Shown: positions 36,043-41,442 of the stretch, in pieces
How positions within the stretch are numbered: the stretch's first letter is position 1
Layout of the letters: every line of letters starts with the position of its first letter
Origin: an uncultured Smithella sp.
Lineage (GTDB): Bacteria > Desulfobacterota > Syntrophia > Syntrophales > Smithellaceae
NCBI GenBank assembly: GCA_964640755.1
Contig: CAZXIP010000002.1
Location: forward strand, 1-41,442
DNA length: 41,442 nucleotides
Direction: 5' to 3'
Notes under the pieces: generated by a model
The model's database searches: none
Told to the model about the DNA's origin: nothing
Seen by the model: the letters and a program-made list of their open reading frames with translations, nothing else
Program-made: the position numbers and the translations under genes

Positions 36043-37947
36043 ATGAAGCCACTGGAAACCGTTGATTACAGCGTATTGCCGGGTGTCAATTATCCTTCGG
36101 ACATCCGCAAGCTTAATATCGCCGAACTCAATACGCTGGCGCAGGAAATCCGCAGCCTGATCATTAACACGGTCGCGTCCACCGGCGGGCATCTGGCCTC
36201 GTCCCTGGGAACGGTGGAGCTGACACTGGCGATCCATTATGTTTTCAATACGCCTGACGATAAACTGATCTGGGATGTTGGCCATCAGTCCTACGCGCAT
36301 AAGATTATCACCGGCCGAAAAGAAAAATTTGCCACGTTACGCCGCCGGGGCGGTATCAGCGGTTTTCCCAAGCGGGAAGAGAGTGCCTATGACGCCTTTA
36401 ATGTCGGACACAGCGGCACGTCCATCGCGGCGGCGGCGGCTTTTGCCGAAGCGCAATCCCTCAAGGGAGGGAGTAAAAAATCAATTGCCGTGATTGGCGA
36501 CGGATCCATGACAACAGGCATGGCTTTTGAGGGGCTGAACTGGTCGGGCGATCGCGACAAAGAGCTGATTATCATTTTAAACGACAATGAAATGTCCATT
36601 TCTCCCAATGTCGGGGCGATGTCATCCTATTTAAACAGGATCATGACAGGCGACCGGGTCACCAAATTCAAAGGAGAACTGAAGCATTTTCTCAGAAGCA
36701 TTCCCGGCGTCGGTGAGCAGATTTTCAAGATATCCCGACAAATCGAAGAGTCCGTCAAAACGTTTGTTGTTCCCGGTGCCCTGTTTGAGGAACTTGGCTT
36801 CACGTATGTCGGGCCATTGGAAGGTCATCGCCTTGATTATCTGATTAAAAATTTTGAAAACGTCAAAAAGCTGGAAGGGCCGGTCCTGGTGCACGTCATT
36901 ACGCAAAAAGGCCGGGGCTATAAATACGCTGAGGACAATTCGCCGACGTATCACGGCATTGCGCCGTTTGATGTGGAAACCGGACAAACGATTCCTTCCG
37001 TCAACACGGCCCCTTCCTACACGGAGATTTTCGGCAGGACACTGATCGATCTGGCCGCGTCTGATTCCCGGATTGTCGCTGTAACGGCCGCCATGTGCGA
37101 GGGCACCGGCCTGGATGAATTTCGGAAGAAATATCCCGAACGTTTATACGATGTAGGCATTGCCGAACAGCTTGCCGTCACGTTTGCCGCCGGCCTGTCC
37201 ATTGAAGGTCTGCTGCCGGTCGTGGCAATCTATTCCACGTTTTTACAGCGCGCGTACGATCAGATTCTTCACGATGTCTGCCTGCAAAAACTGCCCGTGA
37301 TATTTGCCGTTGACCGCGCCGGTATTGTGGGAGAAGACGGGGCGACCCATCAGGGGCTGTTTGACTTCTCGTATCTTCGCAATCTTCCCAACCTTGTCAT
37401 GATGGCGCCGAAGGATGAAAACGAACTGGGGCACATGCTCAAAACGGCTGTCGCCTGCGGTTCTCCTGTGTCGGTTCGTTACCCGCGCGGCAAAGGCGTT
37501 GGCGTGCCTCTTGACGATGAACTTTCAGTGTTGCCCCTGGGCCGCGGCGAGGTGCTGCAGGACGGAACGGATCTCGCCATCATCGCTGTAGGCTGCACCG
37601 TTCATCCGGCGCAGGCCGCAGGCCGGAAACTGGCGGCGGAAGGGTTCGGGGTGAAAGTCATCAATGCCCGGTTTATTAAACCGCTGGACGCGGAGTTGAT
37701 ATTGGCAGCGGCTGCGTCTACTCATAAATTGCTGACAATCGAAGAAAATGTCCTTGCCGGCGGATTCGGCAGTGCGGTACTGGAGTTGCTTGCCCGGGAA
37801 GGCATGACCAGCGTGATGGTAAGAAGATTGGGCATCGGGGATGAATTTGTCGAACACGCGACACAGGCCGAGTTGCGCTCTTTGCATGGCCTTGATGAAG
37901 AAGGCATTCTCCGGGCTGCAAAAGAAATGTTGGAACAATCACGTTGA
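36043..37947 (+). CDS. dxs: 1-deoxy-D-xylulose-5-phosphate synthase
   Basis: GGHLASSLGTVELTLAIHYVF, WDVGHQSYAHKI and GDGSMTTGMAFEGLN motifs. ATG 36043 (MKPLETV) is the likely start. The ORF-track start at 35965 lies inside ispA. Confidence 0.95.
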   Translation: MKPLETVDYSVLPGVNYPSDIRKLNIAELNTLAQEIRSLIINTVASTGGHLASSLGTVELTLAIHYVFNTPDDKLIWDVGHQSYAHKIITGRKEKFATLRRRGGISGFPKREESAYDAFNVGHSGTSIAAAAAFAEAQSLKGGSKKSIAVIGDGSMTTGMAFEGLNWSGDRDKELIIILNDNEMSISPNVGAMSSYLNRIMTGDRVTKFKGELKHFLRSIPGVGEQIFKISRQIEESVKTFVVPGALFEELGFTYVGPLEGHRLDYLIKNFENVKKLEGPVLVHVITQKGRGYKYAEDNSPTYHGIAPFDVETGQTIPSVNTAPSYTEIFGRTLIDLAASDSRIVAVTAAMCEGTGLDEFRKKYPERLYDVGIAEQLAVTFAAGLSIEGLLPVVAIYSTFLQRAYDQILHDVCLQKLPVIFAVDRAGIVGEDGATHQGLFDFSYLRNLPNLVMMAPKDENELGHMLKTAVACGSPVSVRYPRGKGVGVPLDDELSVLPLGRGEVLQDGTDLAIIAVGCTVHPAQAAGRKLAAEGFGVKVINARFIKPLDAELILAAAASTHKLLTIEENVLAGGFGSAVLELLAREGMTSVMVRRLGIGDEFVEHATQAELRSLHGLDEEGILRAAKEMLEQSR

Positions 37948-38093
37948 TTGCTCTATAATGTCCCAAGTTGAACCGACAAGGTTAAACCGGTGAAGCGAAA
38001 CAGAATTATTTATTATCTCCCCTGGTCGTCCAAATTAATAACATTTTTTAAGAGACACAAAATATCGCGGTTCAATACAGGGAGGGGAAATTT

Positions 38094-39833
38094 ATGAAAA
38101 CGATCAGGCGCAGGACCTTTCTGAAGATGGTTGCCGCTGCGAGCACCGCACCTCTGCTCAAACCTCTCTCTGTCCTTGCGGTGCAGCCGGAGGCGTCCCT
38201 GGTCCTGTTCAATGGAAATATCATCACCGTGGACGGATCGGATTCGGTTGCCGAAGCGATTGCTGTCCGTGGAGACAGAATTCTGGCAGTTGGATCAACA
38301 CCGCATATAAAGTCCTTTGCCGGTCGCAATTCCACACTGATAGACCTTAAGGGAAAGGCTGTCACCCCCGGGTTCATCGACTCGCACGCTCACCTTCCGC
38401 CATTCGGCACAAGAGAACTCTATTGGGTCAAACTGCAGGGTGTCGAATCAAAGGAAAAGGTACTTGAGCTCATTGCCGCCCATGCAAAAGAAACGCCGGA
38501 AGGAAAATTCATCAACGCTTGGGGTGTGGAAAGCATGGAGCTGTCATTTATGAACCGTCACGACCTCGACAAGGTCACGACGCGGCACCCCGTTCTTGTC
38601 GTTCACACAACCGGACAATGGGGATTTGCCAACTCTGCCGCGCTGAAACTGGCCGGGGTGAATCAGGCCACGACAAACCCTCCCGGCAGCCTGGTGGAAA
38701 AGGACCCGAGAGGGGAACCAACCGGTCTGCTCGTCCACTATCCCGCGCTCTACCTTGTCAGAAGGGTAATTCCACCTCCCACGGCGGATGTAATGGCAAA
38801 GACTATCGACCATGCGGCTGCCCTATACAGCAGGGAAGGCGTGACATCGATCCATGACAATTTCTTCATGGTGACCGGAATGTCAAGTGTTGAATCAGCA
38901 CATCTCTATTTTAATCTGGCGGCATCCGGACGCCTGCCGGTGCGCCTGAAAATCTGGCCGTACCTGCCCACACTTACCGACACGCTTGATGCCGTTTCGG
39001 AACTTTTTACAGGCAAAAAACCGAATCCGGCATCACCCCTTTACAAAGTGGGTGAGATGAAGCGCTTGGATCCGTCATCATTTCAGCGGGTATGGGGTGG
39101 CTGCAAAATCGCGATCGACGGATCGGGGCCGACGGCGGGCTGGTCCCGTAATCCAAACGCGTTAATGCTGCATTCTCCTTCGGAGCTGCGGCAGATGGTC
39201 AGCGCCATTCATCGAGCCGGGCAACAGGTAAGTGTTCACGCCGTCGGAAATGTGGCGGTTCAAACAATGCTCGATGCATTTGAGGCCGCGCAGCAGGAAT
39301 ACAAACGTCCTGATCCACGCCACCGCATCGAACATGCATTATGGCCCGGGGATGAATCGATTCACCGAATCAGGAAATCAGGGGTTGTCATATCAACACA
39401 TCCGCAGTTTATTTATGCATGGGGAGATCGCTGGGGGCAGGGAGCCAAAGTACCTGAATTTGTCCCGCTCCGATCTTTTCTGGACAGTCAGATACCGGTA
39501 GCCATGGGTGCCGATCCGCCAGCCTTTCCTCTGTGGCAGCCTCAGTATGCCCTCTGGCAGGCCGTTGCCCGGGTAAGTAGTGGTGGAAGGCGATTTGCGT
39601 CTTCTGAATCAATCTCCATTAAAGAGGCGCTTCGCCTGCAGACGATGGGCAGCGCGTACGCCGCGTTTCAGGAGCGCGACCTCGGTTCGCTGGAGGCGGG
39701 CAAGCTTGCCGACATGGTTGTCTGGGACCGCAATTTCCTGACCATACCGACCGGTGAAATCCGTGATGCCAAGGCATCCAAAACGATCGTGGGGGGAAAA
39801 GTTGTCTTTTCACGGGAATCGGCCCCTTCATGA
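38094..39833 (+). CDS. Amidohydrolase family (Amidohydro_3-type metal-dependent hydrolase) with twin-arginine signal
   Basis: MKTIRRRTFLKMVAAASTAPLL Tat-like leader, GFIDSHAHL metal-binding motif, a later HAVGN motif, and a C-terminal GKLADMVVWD motif typical of this superfamily. Confidence 0.75.
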   Translation: MKTIRRRTFLKMVAAASTAPLLKPLSVLAVQPEASLVLFNGNIITVDGSDSVAEAIAVRGDRILAVGSTPHIKSFAGRNSTLIDLKGKAVTPGFIDSHAHLPPFGTRELYWVKLQGVESKEKVLELIAAHAKETPEGKFINAWGVESMELSFMNRHDLDKVTTRHPVLVVHTTGQWGFANSAALKLAGVNQATTNPPGSLVEKDPRGEPTGLLVHYPALYLVRRVIPPPTADVMAKTIDHAAALYSREGVTSIHDNFFMVTGMSSVESAHLYFNLAASGRLPVRLKIWPYLPTLTDTLDAVSELFTGKKPNPASPLYKVGEMKRLDPSSFQRVWGGCKIAIDGSGPTAGWSRNPNALMLHSPSELRQMVSAIHRAGQQVSVHAVGNVAVQTMLDAFEAAQQEYKRPDPRHRIEHALWPGDESIHRIRKSGVVISTHPQFIYAWGDRWGQGAKVPEFVPLRSFLDSQIPVAMGADPPAFPLWQPQYALWQAVARVSSGGRRFASSESISIKEALRLQTMGSAYAAFQERDLGSLEAGKLADMVVWDRNFLTIPTGEIRDAKASKTIVGGKVVFSRESAPS

Positions 39834-40022
39834 TCATTACCTTGGCAAGAGCAGATAGCAATTATTAGCAATTCGGGGGATATGGACACTTGGTTATCTT
39901 GACCGGGCAAATCTGATTTAGGTGTTATGTCCCCAGATTCAGAATGACCAGATTTATCCAAAGAAGAATTTCAACAATTTTAAAAAATAGCACCATCCGT
40001 TTGTTCATGCATTAAGGAGTTC

Positions 40023-40592
40023 ATGATCAAAGCCTTTATCGAACCGCCAAAGTCCATCCCGTTTTATCTGAGGATCGGCATCTGGGTTTCCCGAAAAGTA
40101 ACCGGTCGTGATCTGCTGCCCGGAAAACTGCTGGCATGGCATCCCAAGGCAGCCATCAGTTCCGGTATAATGGAAATCCTGGTTGCCCACAAATACAAGA
40201 CGCTGAATAAACGTATACTCAAGCTGGTTCGCCTACGGACATCTTTTACCGTTGCCTGTCCATTCTGCATTGATATGAATTCTTATGACTATGATCAATT
40301 TGGAATCACGCCAGAGGAACTTTCGGCATTACAAGGAAGAATCGCCATTGAATCGGTGACTACATTTTCTCTACGTGAAATTATTGCAATGGAATATGCT
40401 GTTTTGATTTCCCGATCACCCCTGATATTTGCGCAAGACTTCGTCAATAAATTAAAGGCAAATTTTACCGAACGGGAAATTGTCATTCTGGCCAGCACAG
40501 CGGCGCAGGTTAATTACTGGGCCCGTCTGCTTCAGGCTCTGGGCGTTCCCCCTGCCGGATTTTCGGATCACTGTGAAATTCCAAGGACATAA
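40023..40592 (+). CDS. Carboxymuconolactone decarboxylase / AhpD-like family protein (CxxC)
   Basis: 189-aa helical protein with a VACPFCIDMN CxxC motif in the position usual for AhpD/CMD-fold proteins. The Shine-Dalgarno sequence is good (AAGGAG). The family call is moderate. Confidence 0.55.
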   Translation: MIKAFIEPPKSIPFYLRIGIWVSRKVTGRDLLPGKLLAWHPKAAISSGIMEILVAHKYKTLNKRILKLVRLRTSFTVACPFCIDMNSYDYDQFGITPEELSALQGRIAIESVTTFSLREIIAMEYAVLISRSPLIFAQDFVNKLKANFTEREIVILASTAAQVNYWARLLQALGVPPAGFSDHCEIPRT

Positions 40593-40621
40593 CACCTGAT
40601 TATCCCGGCCAGAGGTGTACT

Positions 40622-41442
40622 TCATGGCACTTCGTTCAGTTCAGCCCGATTTCGGCCCGATGTTTTCGCTTTATAGAGGGCATCGTCGGCGCGCTTGAGA
40701 AAACTGTCCTGAGTGTCGCCTTGTGAAAAGAGCGTAATGCCGAAGCTTGCGGTCACTTGCCTGCTGATTCCCTCGAAAGATGTGTCCTGAATCGCTTTGC
40801 GGATTCTTTCCGCGCATTGCAGCGTCGCAGCAGCTGGTGAAAAGGGAAGAATGAGGACGAATTCCTCTCCGCCGAAGCGGGCAACAATATCTTCCTTCCG
40901 GCACATTGAGCGCATTGTTTGCGCGACTCCAGCCAGGACTCTGTCTCCCCCGTCATGACCGAATGTGTCATTGATCGATTTGAAATGGTCAATATCGATC
41001 ATCACCGCTGAAAGCGGATAACCGTGGCGGCTGGCTTTGGATATTTCCACATCAAGACGTTCCATGAGATGACGTCGGTTGGCCAGTCCCGTTAACGGGT
41101 CCGTGTTCATCAACTGCGTAATTCTCGCATTTGCGGATTCCAGCTCCCGGTTTTTTTTATTCAGTTCCCGTGTCAGGTCCGTCAGTTCGTCCGTGAAAAG
41201 TGACATCTTCGCCACCATTTCGTTGTTCGTATGACGAAACGTGTGAGCGAAAATGATGCGACGGTTGCCGATATCCACCATGTGTCCCGATATGGTTTGC
41301 TCCAGCGAGTTGTTCAGGACAAAGGAGAAGCGCACATCCTGATAGATCCGGGTTTCTCCAAATCCAGCGGTGGGGAGGCTTTCAGCAAGAAAAGTGCTGA
41401 TAGATTGGCCGATGGGCTTTTCTTTCAGCCCGGCGTTATCCA
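40622..41442 (-). CDS. Sensor diguanylate cyclase (PAS-like N-terminal part plus GGDEF), 5' end outside window
   Basis: DPLTGLANRRH, RKED-x5-GGEEF and DDALYKAKTSGRN motifs. I translated 41336-41440 in the same frame and found no stop (..DNAGLKEKPIGQSISTFLAESLPTAGFGETRIYQD-VRFSF..). The GTG at 41335 in the ORF track is therefore internal. Confidence 0.8.
   Translation of the reverse strand, partial: DNAGLKEKPIGQSISTFLAESLPTAGFGETRIYQDVRFSFVLNNSLEQTISGHMVDIGNRRIIFAHTFRHTNNEMVAKMSLFTDELTDLTRELNKKNRELESANARITQLMNTDPLTGLANRRHLMERLDVEISKASRHGYPLSAVMIDIDHFKSINDTFGHDGGDRVLAGVAQTMRSMCRKEDIVARFGGEEFVLILPFSPAAATLQCAERIRKAIQDTSFEGISRQVTASFGITLFSQGDTQDSFLKRADDALYKAKTSGRNRAELNEVP

Noticed and set aside
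1-41442. I scanned the whole window for CRISPR repeats, IS or transposon ends, integrases, phage genes, toxin-antitoxin pairs and defence-system hallmarks.
   Set aside because: None was seen. Every sizeable ORF has a housekeeping, metabolic or signalling assignment. Intergenic gaps are 465 nt or shorter, without arrays of direct repeats. Gene density and orientation look like the core chromosome.

Overview
The window reads as an ordinary, conserved chromosomal stretch of a moderate-GC Gram-negative anaerobe. The gene content suggests a syntroph-like deltaproteobacterium (Desulfobacterota/Syntrophales type), based on a four-subunit 2-oxoacid:ferredoxin oxidoreductase, hbd, a long-form HflX and many PAS/GGDEF genes. 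That placement is inference only. I can support about 36 protein genes and one tRNA. In order they are: gcvH (5' truncated), lplA-like ligase, rpsU, a LOG-family protein, holA, a YacP/NYN protein, hbd, rpe, waaA, a PLP threonine dehydratase-like enzyme, glnS, tRNA-Gln(CUG), a cupin, a long-chain acyl-CoA synthetase, an OFOR operon (gamma-delta-alpha-beta), a UshA-like 5'-nucleotidase, hflX, an MFS transporter, a PAS hybrid histidine kinase, prfC, a DUF2007-like small protein, carB, queF, a small Cys-rich zinc-ribbon protein, lpdA, a membrane GGDEF protein, xseA-xseB-ispA-dxs, a Tat-exported amidohydrolase, an AhpD/CMD-like protein, and a PAS-GGDEF gene truncated at the right edge. I found no transposase, integrase, phage gene, CRISPR array, toxin-antitoxin pair or recognisable defence gene. 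I could not identify a convincing novel multi-gene system. The best leads are small-scale. First, a promoter-to-terminator unit of about 210 nt with no ORF lies directly upstream of rpsU and could be an sRNA or an attenuator. Second, the conserved N-terminal region of hflX is encoded upstream of the first in-frame ATG, has no canonical start, and the nearby ATG is one base out of frame. Third, waaA may be leaderless. Fourth, the 5'-nucleotidase has a C-terminal tail that resembles a sorting signal. Fifth, holA carries an insertion of about 80 aa. All functional calls come from motif recognition by eye, not from database searches.
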